The notes beneath the pieces are model-generated. The model saw only the letters and a list, made by a program, of their open reading frames with translations, searched no databases and had not been told where the DNA came from. Below, one piece after another: positions 18,221 through 27,067 of a stretch of DNA of 39,586 bases. The DNA is taken from positions 1 through 39,586 of the IMG/VR virus record IMGVR_UViG_3300048599_000719, one strand, 5' to 3'. The stretch's first letter is position 1. Each line of letters begins with the position of its first letter. The stretch comes from a virus (taxonomy: Duplodnaviria; Caudoviricetes). A program made the position numbers and the translations under genes.

Positions 18221-18450
18221 GGGTCAAAATGAAGTCATTTCACAAATGGTATTTTGACCCGACAAAATCGATTTCGGGTCAAGTCGGGTCAAGCTTTCGG
18301 GTCAATTTGACCCGCTTAAAAAAATCAGTAATTGCAAGGTTTTACAGAGCGTCAAATCAAACTGGGTCAAGCAGGGGTCAAATTCGGGGGCAAGGCGAAA
18401 AGTGTCGGGTCAAGTCGGGTCACACACCTATAAGGTGTGACCCATGACCC
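18221..18450. repeat. Iteron cluster, putative replication origin
   Basis: 12 exact GGGTCA/TGACCC hexamers in both orientations directly after the primase gene. Confidence 0.75.
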
Positions 18451-18499
18451 GAACTCGAGCGGAACCTTTTGAACTGTAAACAAAGGGAGGGCTTACAGA

Positions 18500-18925
18500 G
18501 TGAAAATAGATAAAGAACTCATGGACTTCACAGAGAAGTGCCTGCGAAATTACCACGTTAATTTAAAAGAACTTGAAGAGCGGCGTGAATATATAAGATC
18601 TTTGGCTGTAAAGTCTTCTTCTGATTTTTCTGATACCTATAATCCTTCGGTAAGGAGCACTGTATCTCAGCTTGAGCTTATGGTCGAAAGGCTTGATAAC
18701 GACGGGCAGCTTGCCCGTCTGGAGAAGAGGACAAAGCCTATAACGCAATTCTTATCCATGCTGAGCAATGATGATAGAAACCTGATTGAGATGCGTTATT
18801 TCATGGGCATGGGATGGTACAGAATCTCTGATGAGCTGCATGTGTCTGAATCAACGTTAAAAAAACGCTGGCGTCCGAGGCTGATATGCAAAGCCGCATC
18901 GTTGATTTTTGGAAGATTGGTATAA
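18500..18925 (+). CDS. RinA/ArpU-like late transcription regulator
   Basis: LIEMRYF..W..I..ELHVSEST sigma4-like HTH, placed before HNH-terminase. Confidence 0.8.
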   Translation: MKIDKELMDFTEKCLRNYHVNLKELEERREYIRSLAVKSSSDFSDTYNPSVRSTVSQLELMVERLDNDGQLARLEKRTKPITQFLSMLSNDDRNLIEMRYFMGMGWYRISDELHVSESTLKKRWRPRLICKAASLIFGRLV

Positions 18926-19025
18926 AAAGTGTCCCCGAAATGTCCACTTTTGCCCCTTTAAAATGTGCTATTATGTCATCGTGGACGATTGAGGGCGTAA
19001 GTGCTCGGTCGTCCTTTCTTTATGT
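18926..19025 (+). promoter_or_regulatory. Putative late promoter with leader hairpin
   Basis: TGTCC/TGTCC/TGCCC at 18930, 18941, 18951; TGcTATTAT extended -10 (18966-18974); hairpin 18983-19014 plus T-rich tail. Confidence 0.6.
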
Positions 19026-19042
19026 CTTTATGGAGCGTTATC

Positions 19043-19372
19043 ATGAGAGACTTTGCAAGAGACTTATATTTATCTCCGCAGTGGCGGAGATGCAGGGACA
19101 GTTTCATGAAGCACAGGCTTGCGGTTTGTGAGAGGTGCGGGAGATCAAAGCCATCTGCGGAACTGATTGTTCATCATAAAATCCCTTTGACGCCTGATAA
19201 CATCAATGACACCAGCGTGACATTGAACTGGGATAACCTGATGCTTGTGTGCAGGAGCTGTCATGCTGCTCTGCATTCAAATGAATCAACTGCTCAGGGG
19301 CTGTTTTTTGATGAAAAGGGAAATATTTTGAAAGAAGAAGGCCCTATATCCCCCCCTGAAATTGAAAGCTGA
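19043..19372 (+). CDS. HNH endonuclease (cos-packaging associated)
   Basis: CERC, VHHK, NL..VCRSCH..LH. Confidence 0.9.
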   Translation: MRDFARDLYLSPQWRRCRDSFMKHRLAVCERCGRSKPSAELIVHHKIPLTPDNINDTSVTLNWDNLMLVCRSCHAALHSNESTAQGLFFDEKGNILKEEGPISPPEIES

Positions 19373-19433
19373 GTGTAAAAAGATAACCGCGCCCCGAGCA
19401 ATAAAATAACACACATGAGGTCCATAAGGGGGG
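19350..19433. other. Candidate cos region
   Basis: HNH-terS gap with C7 run, GC-rich ACCGCGCCCCG and G6 run; position typical for HK97-like cos. Confidence 0.45.
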
Positions 19434-19440
19434 TGTAGTC

Positions 19441-19845
19441 ATGGAAGGCAGGACTATTGATAAAACTACGCTTGATCCTGAAGTTGTGGCAGAGAAAAAA
19501 CGCCTGATCAAGAAAGAAATAGCGAGACTTGGCGGGATTTACAAAGATATGGATCCTAAAAAGAAAAAGATAGTCCAGAAACTTATCAAGTCGGCTGCAT
19601 TTATGTCTGTAACTCTCCGTGAACTCGAGAATAAAATCAATAACAGCGGTTGTGTTGATGTATATCAGAACGGGGCATCACAATGGGGCATAAAGAAAAG
19701 CCCGGAGGTAGAAATATACAATACAATGTCAAAGAATCATGCTGCCGTAATTGCACAGCTGACAGCGCTGCTGGATAAAGCCCCCGCCGCTCCCAAGGAT
19801 GACGGGTTTAATAAATTCCTTGAGCTGCGAAAATCCGATAATTGA
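19441..19845 (+). CDS. Terminase small subunit (P27-like)
   Basis: YQNGASQWG.KKSPEV.IY motif; position. Confidence 0.85.
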   Translation: MEGRTIDKTTLDPEVVAEKKRLIKKEIARLGGIYKDMDPKKKKIVQKLIKSAAFMSVTLRELENKINNSGCVDVYQNGASQWGIKKSPEVEIYNTMSKNHAAVIAQLTALLDKAPAAPKDDGFNKFLELRKSDN

Positions 19846-21490
19846 ATATTGGCGGGCTATCGAAGCCGGTGACGTTGTTGTAGGTGACAAGGTACGGCGG
19901 GTATACAGAAAACTTGTTGCTGACATAACCGACCCGGACAGCCCATATTATTATGACGAAGTCAGAGCGCTTCACCCTATATTCTTCTGTAAAGAATACT
20001 GTAAACACAGCAAAGGTGAGAAAGCGCGGCAGCCTCTGGATCTGGAACTTTGGCAAATGGCAATAACAGCCGCAGCATACGGCATTATTGATAAAAAAAC
20101 AGGATTAAGACGCTTTCGAGAAGTCATACTTATCGTTGCAAGAAAAAACGGAAAATCAACATGGAGCGCAGGTTTGGGTAATTATATGCTGACCTCCGAT
20201 AATGAAGAAGGTCCGGAGGTATATAGCTTAGCTACAAAAAAAGACCAGGCTAAAATAATCTGGAAAGAATCAAAGTCTATGTGCCAGAAATCACCTGCGC
20301 TGGCAAAGCGTACAAAGAGACTTGTAGCTGAAATCATCTGTCCGGAGAATGACGGATTTTACAGGCCGCTTTGCTCCGAAAGTGACGGGCTTGACGGATT
20401 AAATGTTCATGCTGCATTTATTGATGAGCTCCATGCCATCAAGAATAAAAATCTATACGATGTAGTAATAGACGGCATGAGCGCAAGGCGCCAGCCGCTT
20501 GTCGTTATAACCTCAACGGCGGGGACTGTACGCGAGGGAATATTTGACCTCAAATATGAGGAATGCGAGAAAATAATCAATGGTTATACGGATGGACAGT
20601 ACAAAGATGACAGCGTACTTCCTGTCATTTATGAACTGGATGCGCCAGAGGAATGGCATAATGAAAAAAACTGGAGAAAAGCCAATCCAGGGCTCGGTAC
20701 AATAAAAAATGTTACAGAACTGAGACGTAAGGTAAAGAAAGCTGAAGCGGATCCGCGGATAGTCCGCAACCTTTTGTGCAAGGACTTCAATATTCGCGCC
20801 ACGGTTGGAGAGGCCTGGCTGAATTTCGATGATGTGAACAATGAAACGGCCTTTGATATCGATGCTTTAAAACCGCGTTACGGCATAGGTGGGGCAGACC
20901 TCTCAAGCACAACAGACCTTACTGCGGCGGCTGTGCTTTTCAGGCTTCCAGATGATGAAAATATTTATTTTGAAGTAATGTACTGGCTGCCGGAAGACCT
21001 TTTGGAGAAGCGCAGCCTCGAGGATAAAGTTCCTTATAACATATGGGCGGATATTGGGCTGCTGCGCACAACGCCTGGGAACAAGGTCCATCATAAATTT
21101 GTAACAGACTGGTTCCTGGAAATGAAAGAAAAACATGATATATACCTTCCATGGATAGGCTACGACAGCTGGAGCGCAAATTACTGGGTAGAGGATATGA
21201 AGGGCGTATTTGGCCCAGAAGCAATGGAAGCTGTGAAACAAGGCAAACAGACGCTGAGTTCTCCGATGAACAACATGGGCGCTGACTTTATTGCCAGGCG
21301 CATAGTCTACAACAATAACCCAATTACAAAATGGTGCATCACGAACGTTGCTGTCGATGTCGACCGAAACGGGAACATACAGCCTTGTAAGACGAATAAT
21401 CAACGGCGGAGGATAGACGGTTTTGCTGCGATGCTTAATGCATATGTTGTGATGGAGAATCACCTTGAGGACTATATGAATATGATATAA
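19799..21490 (+). CDS. Terminase large subunit (true start may be TTG 19820)
   Basis: VARKNGKS, IDELHA, GADLSSTTD, RIDG. Confidence 0.95.
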   Translation: MTGLINSLSCENPIIEYWRAIEAGDVVVGDKVRRVYRKLVADITDPDSPYYYDEVRALHPIFFCKEYCKHSKGEKARQPLDLELWQMAITAAAYGIIDKKTGLRRFREVILIVARKNGKSTWSAGLGNYMLTSDNEEGPEVYSLATKKDQAKIIWKESKSMCQKSPALAKRTKRLVAEIICPENDGFYRPLCSESDGLDGLNVHAAFIDELHAIKNKNLYDVVIDGMSARRQPLVVITSTAGTVREGIFDLKYEECEKIINGYTDGQYKDDSVLPVIYELDAPEEWHNEKNWRKANPGLGTIKNVTELRRKVKKAEADPRIVRNLLCKDFNIRATVGEAWLNFDDVNNETAFDIDALKPRYGIGGADLSSTTDLTAAAVLFRLPDDENIYFEVMYWLPEDLLEKRSLEDKVPYNIWADIGLLRTTPGNKVHHKFVTDWFLEMKEKHDIYLPWIGYDSWSANYWVEDMKGVFGPEAMEAVKQGKQTLSSPMNNMGADFIARRIVYNNNPITKWCITNVAVDVDRNGNIQPCKTNNQRRRIDGFAAMLNAYVVMENHLEDYMNMI

Positions 21491-21520
21491 AAAGAGGCCG
21501 CCTTGGGACGGTCTCTTTTT
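21489..21520. terminator. Bidirectional intrinsic terminator between terL and hicB
   Basis: AAAAAGAGGCCG-ccttggga-CGGTCTCTTTTT. Confidence 0.75.
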
Positions 21521-21521
21521 G

Positions 21522-21926
21522 TTATACGTTCAGGCGTTCGCGCAATCCCTCTTGCAAAATTTGTGAGAAATTAACCTTGGATTCCATTGCAATTTTGTTC
21601 AGCCATGCCGGGATAGTGACGGTCTTTGAAATACTGCGCCTGGCTTCCTCTTCCCGGACAATATCCATCCGGACAGAGACCATGGTAGATTTTTGCCCTT
21701 CAGGTATTACAAGGTCCTCCAATGGAGTAGGCACGGGAATAGGATCGTTATCTTCTTCAAGGCAGAGCAGGAACCCAGCAAGGGCGTCTGTCGCCTTGGT
21801 TAATGCCTGTTCAAGATCTTTACCCTGTGTTACACATCCCGGGAGATCCGGAAAACTGACACAGATAGCGCCGTCATCTTCAACGAGCAGCGCAGGATAT
21901 ATGCGTAAATCTTTTTTCTTGGCCAT
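21522..21926 (-). CDS. hicB: HicB antitoxin
   Basis: YPA...VSFPDLPGCVTQG, KTVTIPAWL...VNFSQILQE. Confidence 0.93.
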   Translation of the reverse strand: MAKKKDLRIYPALLVEDDGAICVSFPDLPGCVTQGKDLEQALTKATDALAGFLLCLEEDNDPIPVPTPLEDLVIPEGQKSTMVSVRMDIVREEEARRSISKTVTIPAWLNKIAMESKVNFSQILQEGLRERLNV

Positions 21927-21955
21927 AAGTACTACCTCCTTGCTTTAAGGCGGGA

Positions 21956-22147
21956 TTATTTCAATCCCGCCTGTTTCAGTATACTGTCTACAACGTATTT
22001 TTTAAGGTCTTTTACTGGGTGGGGAACTGTTACCTTTCCAGGTTTTGTCGGATGTTTGAAATAATGGTGATCACCTCTGCATTTTATTAAAACCCATCCG
22101 TCGTTTTCAATGATTTTAATAATATCTTTACTGCTGCAGCTGCTTAT
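21956..22147 (-). CDS. hicA: HicA toxin (probable ATA start)
   Basis: SSKDIIKIIENDGW...GDHHYFKHPTKPGKVTVPHP.KDL....SILKQAGL. Confidence 0.9.
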   Translation of the reverse strand: MSSCSSKDIIKIIENDGWVLIKCRGDHHYFKHPTKPGKVTVPHPVKDLKKYVVDSILKQAGLK

Positions 22148-22171
22148 GATGATCACCTCCCTGAATGAGGA

Positions 22172-22201
22172 GATTATAACACTTGTAATAATCAGTGTCA
22201 A
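22172..22201 (-). promoter_or_regulatory. hicAB promoter TTGACA-17-TATAAT with overlapping inverted repeat (candidate HicB operator)
   Basis: tgtcaa 22196-22201, attata 22173-22178; GATTAT-N10-ATAATC 22172-22193. Confidence 0.8.
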
Positions 22202-22248
22202 CATATGTTTGTTATATCTGTGTCAGAAATATGAAAGGGGGCCTTGCC

Positions 22249-23421
22249 TTGAATCTTTCTAAGAAACAGCTTGCTCGTAACAAAAACCCTGCTGAACGTG
22301 AAATGTTTGAGCTGGTTACGGAAAACGGTAAATATTTTTATTCGTTTGGTGGAAATTTGTATAAATCAGACATTGTGCGAAGCTGTGTATCCCCGTTTAC
22401 ACGTGCAATCGGTAAAATGCAGCCCCGGCATATCCGGAGAACAGCCGACGATCTTAAGGTCTGGCCAGAACCGTATATGAAAATGTTGTTGATGGAACCG
22501 AATCCTCTTATGGGCGGGCAAGTGTTCTGGGAAAAGATGTCTGCTTTATTGCTGGTCAACCGCAACGCATTTGCTTATATCCTGCGTGATGTAAATGGAT
22601 ATGCCACACAATTGTATCCAATCACAGCATCATCTGTTGAAGCTATTAAGACGCCTGCGGGCGGTTTTATGCTGCGCTTCTGCATGAGGGGCACAGGGCA
22701 GATAATTGATTACGACTATTCTAATATTCTGCACCTTCGCCTGGACTTCATGAATGGAGATATTTTTGGAGATGACCCGCGTGAGGCGCTGCTTCCGCTG
22801 ATGGAAATAGTCAGTACAACTGATCAGGGTATAGTTTCTGCCGTCAAGAACGGCGCGGCTATCCGTTGGCTGCTGAAATATTCTAATACGCTGCGCCCGG
22901 AAGATATCACGGCCAAGGTTAAAAGTTTTGTTAAAACCTTTCTTGGCATTGACAGCGAAACCGGAGGGGCAGCTGCTGTTGACAACACTTGCACTGCAGA
23001 ACAGGTAAAACCTCAGGATTATGTGCCTAATGCCATACAGGTCGATCGTGTTTCAAAACGTATTTATGAATTCTTCGGCACGAATGAGAATATTATCCAG
23101 TCAAAATTCACAGAAAATGAGTGGGTTGCGTATTATGAGAACATGCTGGAACCTGTTGCCATGCAGATGGCTGCAGAACTGACAAGAAAGCTGTTCTCAC
23201 GGCGTGAACGTGCTGCCGGCAATGAAATAGTTTTTGATGCAACAAATCTGCAATACTCAAGCATGAGTACCAAGCTCGGACTTCAGGCAATGGTTGACCG
23301 CGGAGCAATGACCCCTAATGAATGGCGCGGCATTCTGGGGCTTTCGCCGATAGAAGGCGGAGATAAAGCAATTCGTCGGCTTGATACGGAGCCTGTAGGA
23401 GGTGATCCAATGAATGAGTAA
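22249..23421 (+). CDS. HK97-family portal protein
   Basis: LL.EPNPLM, ILHLR, MTPNEWR..LGL.PIEGGD. Confidence 0.93.
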   Translation: MNLSKKQLARNKNPAEREMFELVTENGKYFYSFGGNLYKSDIVRSCVSPFTRAIGKMQPRHIRRTADDLKVWPEPYMKMLLMEPNPLMGGQVFWEKMSALLLVNRNAFAYILRDVNGYATQLYPITASSVEAIKTPAGGFMLRFCMRGTGQIIDYDYSNILHLRLDFMNGDIFGDDPREALLPLMEIVSTTDQGIVSAVKNGAAIRWLLKYSNTLRPEDITAKVKSFVKTFLGIDSETGGAAAVDNTCTAEQVKPQDYVPNAIQVDRVSKRIYEFFGTNENIIQSKFTENEWVAYYENMLEPVAMQMAAELTRKLFSRRERAAGNEIVFDATNLQYSSMSTKLGLQAMVDRGAMTPNEWRGILGLSPIEGGDKAIRRLDTEPVGGDPMNE

Positions 23422-24133
23422 AGTTAAGGATAATCTTTCTGAATTCCTTGCGTTAAAGAACAAATCAGCTGAATCAGTTGATTTGTTTTTTTATGGAGAT
23501 ATCGTCAGCTCGTGGTTTGGAGCATGGGATAACTCGGATCAATACCCGTCTGCAATTCGCGATTTTCTGAACGAGGCTGACGGACGCAGATTGAATATCT
23601 ACATCAACAGCCCAGGGGGCGCGGTATTCGCCGGTATGGCAATTTACAACATGCTGAAGCGGTATCCAGGTCATAAAACATGTCATGTTGATGGATTAGC
23701 TGCCAGCATAGCAAGCGTGATAGCTTTTGCAGCTGATGAGGTCATTATTCCTAAGAATGCGTTTCTTATGGTGCATAGGCCTTGGACAATCGCGATTGGC
23801 AACAAGCATGATCTTGAACGTGAAATTGCAGCACTTGGTGAGATCGAAAAGGCAATGTATACGGTCTATGAAAGCCGGATGGCTGCAACTGCCAATATCG
23901 AAGCAATAAGGGGACTTGTCGAAGCTGAGACGTATCTAAGCGGTGAAGAGGCAGCTATGTATTTTGATATTAAAACAGTTGCTCCAATGCCGATGGTGGC
24001 ATATGCAGGAGACCTTTCAACATTGCCCAAATTGCCTGAGGGCATGCTTGCAGCACAGCGGCACAGTGAAGAATTAAAGGTTGAGCTAGAAAGATTAGAG
24101 CTTATGAAGCTAGAAGGAGTGATCAAACAATGA
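23414..24133 (+). CDS. ClpP-type prohead protease
   Basis: INSPGG.VF.G, DGLAASIAS, MVH. Confidence 0.93.
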   Translation: MSKVKDNLSEFLALKNKSAESVDLFFYGDIVSSWFGAWDNSDQYPSAIRDFLNEADGRRLNIYINSPGGAVFAGMAIYNMLKRYPGHKTCHVDGLAASIASVIAFAADEVIIPKNAFLMVHRPWTIAIGNKHDLEREIAALGEIEKAMYTVYESRMAATANIEAIRGLVEAETYLSGEEAAMYFDIKTVAPMPMVAYAGDLSTLPKLPEGMLAAQRHSEELKVELERLELMKLEGVIKQ

Positions 24134-25431
24134 CACGTGAAGAATATCTTGCGCAGAGAGTAAAAATGCTGGAAGAAGCAAAGGCATCTCTTAAGGCAGG
24201 AGATGTTGAAGCTGCTAAAAACAAGCGTGCTGAAATCGAAAAGCTTGATGCGGATTATGAGGCAATGGCTAAGGAACAGGCTAATATTGACGCCTTGAAA
24301 GATCAAGTAATTCCGGGAGCCATTATTGACGGCATTGCCGGGCAGAAAAGCGGAAGAGATCCGGAAGGAGTGCAGGCGGAGATGAAACCAGGTGAAATTT
24401 ACACAAAGGTCTTTTCAGGAAAGACACTTAATACCGCAGAATCTGCGGCACATAAGACCTTTGAGTCTGCATATGCCGCAGCTTTTGGCGCATGGTTGAA
24501 AGGTGAAATTCTGGACAAGGAACACAGTGAGATTTTTGACACTGTGAACAGCGTATTCAGGGCGGCAACAAACACAACCGAGACGGCAGGGTCACTTGTT
24601 CCTACTGTAATGAGAGATGGCATATGGTCTCTTATGGAATCAGCTCACCCGATAATCAACGATATAAACAAGACAGCTGTTGCCGGCAACCTCACTATCA
24701 TGAAAGCTGAGCTTAACGGGGATGCAGATTGGTATGACGAAGACACTGCAACAGCGGATGGAGAAGTTGACGCCGGAACCATAGAACTTTTTGGCTGCGA
24801 GCTTTCAAAGGGCGTACCTGTCTCATATAAACTTAAAAAGATGGCAGCTGCGGACTTCATGTCATGGCTGACTCGCAAACTTGCTGAAAAAATGGGGTCC
24901 GCACTTGCAAACGGCATCCTTAACGGTAAAGGCAAGCCTGGAACAAATGACACATGGAAAGCACAGCCGAAGGGTATAGTAACGTCTGTTTTGGCTGAGG
25001 AAAACACTCCTCAGGTTGTCACATACTCAGCTGCGGACCCAATGACCTATAAGAAGATAACAGCACTGTTCGCGGCAGTCAGCGCTCCGTATCTTGCGGG
25101 TGCAAGGATATACGCGGCCAGCACAACAATCTGGAACGAGCTGGCCAACATCGTTGATGACGTCAAGCGTCCGATATTTATCGCCGATACGACGGCTGGC
25201 GGTGTCGGGCGGCTGCTTGGCAAGGTCGTTATTCCTGAGGACCATGTCCCTGTTGATGCTGTTCTTCTTGGAAATGTAAAAGAAGGCACCGCCTACAATG
25301 TGGTTGAAGACGTAACAATAGGTTCGCAGGATGACCTGAAGAACCGCAAGACATTCTATGCCGCAAACATGATCATAGACGGCGAGGTTATGACAACAAA
25401 AGCATTTGCATACCTAAAAAAAACAGTTTAG
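24130..25431 (+). CDS. HK97-fold major capsid protein
   Basis: Delta-domain-like coil, AGSLVPT, ILNGKG, PKGI, RPIF...LLG..V; position. Confidence 0.92.
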   Translation: MTREEYLAQRVKMLEEAKASLKAGDVEAAKNKRAEIEKLDADYEAMAKEQANIDALKDQVIPGAIIDGIAGQKSGRDPEGVQAEMKPGEIYTKVFSGKTLNTAESAAHKTFESAYAAAFGAWLKGEILDKEHSEIFDTVNSVFRAATNTTETAGSLVPTVMRDGIWSLMESAHPIINDINKTAVAGNLTIMKAELNGDADWYDEDTATADGEVDAGTIELFGCELSKGVPVSYKLKKMAAADFMSWLTRKLAEKMGSALANGILNGKGKPGTNDTWKAQPKGIVTSVLAEENTPQVVTYSAADPMTYKKITALFAAVSAPYLAGARIYAASTTIWNELANIVDDVKRPIFIADTTAGGVGRLLGKVVIPEDHVPVDAVLLGNVKEGTAYNVVEDVTIGSQDDLKNRKTFYAANMIIDGEVMTTKAFAYLKKTV

Positions 25432-25688
25432 CAGTCAGCCCTGACACTGCTGCATTTGATAAGGCCGCGCCGTCTGATGTAGTGCTGACTGTTACAGGCG
25501 CAGGTGGAAATATTTCAGTTATCGATGAATTTGAAAAGGCGCTTGTTTTAAATACGGACTATACGGTAAACAGTGGTACTGTCACGATTGCAGCCGCATA
25601 TCTAACTGCGCTCGATAACGGGGAATATAGCTTTACTGTGACAAGTGGGGGACAGATGGAGACGGTGGCAATAACTGTTTCCGGGTGA
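25416..25688 (+). CDS. X2/Ig-like C-terminal capsid extension reached by -1 frameshift
   Basis: A-AAA-AAA slip site at 25416-25422. The -1 frame is open: NSLAVSPDTAAFDKAAPSDVVLTV...TDYTVNSGTVTIAAAYLTAL. Confidence 0.82.
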   Translation, partial: KKNSLAVSPDTAAFDKAAPSDVVLTVTGAGGNISVIDEFEKALVLNTDYTVNSGTVTIAAAYLTALDNGEYSFTVTSGGQMETVAITVSG

Positions 25689-25704
25689 TAAGAGGTGAAG
25701 CCCC

Positions 25705-25992
25705 GTGGATATGAATGAACTTAAGAATTACTGCCGCATCTCTGGGGACGATGATGATGAGCAGCTCCTTGCAATGGAAGGGGCTGCCATCGCTCTTATC
25801 GAGAATCAAACAGGCAAAACTTATATCCAGGACAACAAGATATGGAATCAGGCAATCAAAAGCCTGGTGCTGCATTGGTACGACAACAGGGGCGAACAGA
25901 TGCAGGGGGCGTACAGCGATATCTCATTTTCTGCCAAGATGCTGATCAAACAGATAGCTCTTTCGTCCGCCTTTGATGGTGTTACGACATGA
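25705..25992 (+). CDS. Head-tail connector (gp6-like)
   Basis: LKNYCRI..DDDD, AIKSLVLHWYDNR. Confidence 0.9.
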   Translation: MDMNELKNYCRISGDDDDEQLLAMEGAAIALIENQTGKTYIQDNKIWNQAIKSLVLHWYDNRGEQMQGAYSDISFSAKMLIKQIALSSAFDGVTT

Positions 25993-26324
25993 ATATGAAT
26001 GCCGGGCGCATGAACAAGCGGATCACGATAATGAAACGCGTTGGGATGGATGACGGTCAAAGCGGTGAGGCGGTTACATATATGCCTCACCGTACTGTAT
26101 GGGCATGTATCACGCCTAAAACAGCGGAGTTGCCTGACGAATATCAGCAGGTCACACCGAAAGTAATCCACCATATCCGCTTCCGGTACGTTGAAGGAAT
26201 ATGCTTCACGGACCGCGCCGAGTATAACGGTCGGGTATTTGAGCAGATCGTGCCGCCTATCAATATCAATGAACGTGATTCCTATATTGAAATGCAATGT
26301 GAGGAGGTTCTGCGCGATGAATAA
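25989..26324 (+). CDS. Head closure / head-tail adaptor
   Basis: MNAGRMNKRITI, TVWA.I, IRFRY. Confidence 0.88.
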   Translation: MNMNAGRMNKRITIMKRVGMDDGQSGEAVTYMPHRTVWACITPKTAELPDEYQQVTPKVIHHIRFRYVEGICFTDRAEYNGRVFEQIVPPININERDSYIEMQCEEVLRDE

Positions 26325-26685
26325 GATGTCAATAAAAGTCGATGGTGTAGATAGAGTTATAAGCATGTTTGACATTGTCTCCACCGATATGGCGCAGCGG
26401 CTTCTTGAAACAGAGAAAAAACTTGCCTCGGCATTGCGCGATGAGGCCAGAAGCAGGGCCCCCGTAAAAAGCGGGCTGCTCCGCAGGAAAATAACGTTCA
26501 AAGAAGGGCGTTATGGAATAGCCGTTCTTGTTATGGCAAAAGCTCCTCATTCTCATTTTCACGAATTCGGAACTGCCCGAGGTGTTAAACCAGTCGGTTA
26601 CATGGCGAAAGCCCATGACAGCATGGCGGCGGAAATTGACAGGCAGCTTGCTGAAGCTGTGGACAACGCAGTGAGAATATCATGA
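26317..26685 (+). CDS. HK97 gp10-family neck protein
   Basis: APVKSGLLR, HFHEFGT. Confidence 0.88.
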   Translation: MNKMSIKVDGVDRVISMFDIVSTDMAQRLLETEKKLASALRDEARSRAPVKSGLLRRKITFKEGRYGIAVLVMAKAPHSHFHEFGTARGVKPVGYMAKAHDSMAAEIDRQLAEAVDNAVRIS

Positions 26686-27065
26686 TAACGCCTATTCCCG
26701 AATTGAATTCAATGGTCATAGACGCACTGAAGGCATCGGGCCTTACTCTTTACGACTATGTCAAGGCTGGCCAGAAAATGCCATATGTTGTCCTGGCATC
26801 AACAACGTTTAAACCTGACAAGGGCAGCAAGGTCATTACCGTTGGCACAGCATATATGACTGTGCTGATATATTCCGATTATGCGGGCGATAAGCAGGTC
26901 AATGAGCTGACGGAGGAAGTACTTGAAATCATCAGCGAAGCTAAGCTTGATATGGAAAACTGGAAAATAATTATTAAGGATTATGACGCATTAACAGTTC
27001 AAAGGCTGACTGGCGGAGTAAGAGAAGCGAATATCAGCCTTAATTTTACGGTAGGGAGGAAATAA
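26682..27065 (+). CDS. Tail completion/terminator protein (DUF3168-like)
   Basis: YDYV....MPYVV, IYSDY.G; position. Confidence 0.8.
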   Translation: MITPIPELNSMVIDALKASGLTLYDYVKAGQKMPYVVLASTTFKPDKGSKVITVGTAYMTVLIYSDYAGDKQVNELTEEVLEIISEAKLDMENWKIIIKDYDALTVQRLTGGVREANISLNFTVGRK

Positions 27066-27067
27066 CA

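Noticed and set aside
18199-18447. 82-aa ORF after the primase
   Set aside because: It coincides with the iteron cluster and has no convincing SD; the region is better explained as an origin.
22148-22204. ORF-track N-terminal extension of HicA from TTG 22204
   Set aside because: That start lies upstream of the consensus promoter and the extension has no HicA-like sequence.
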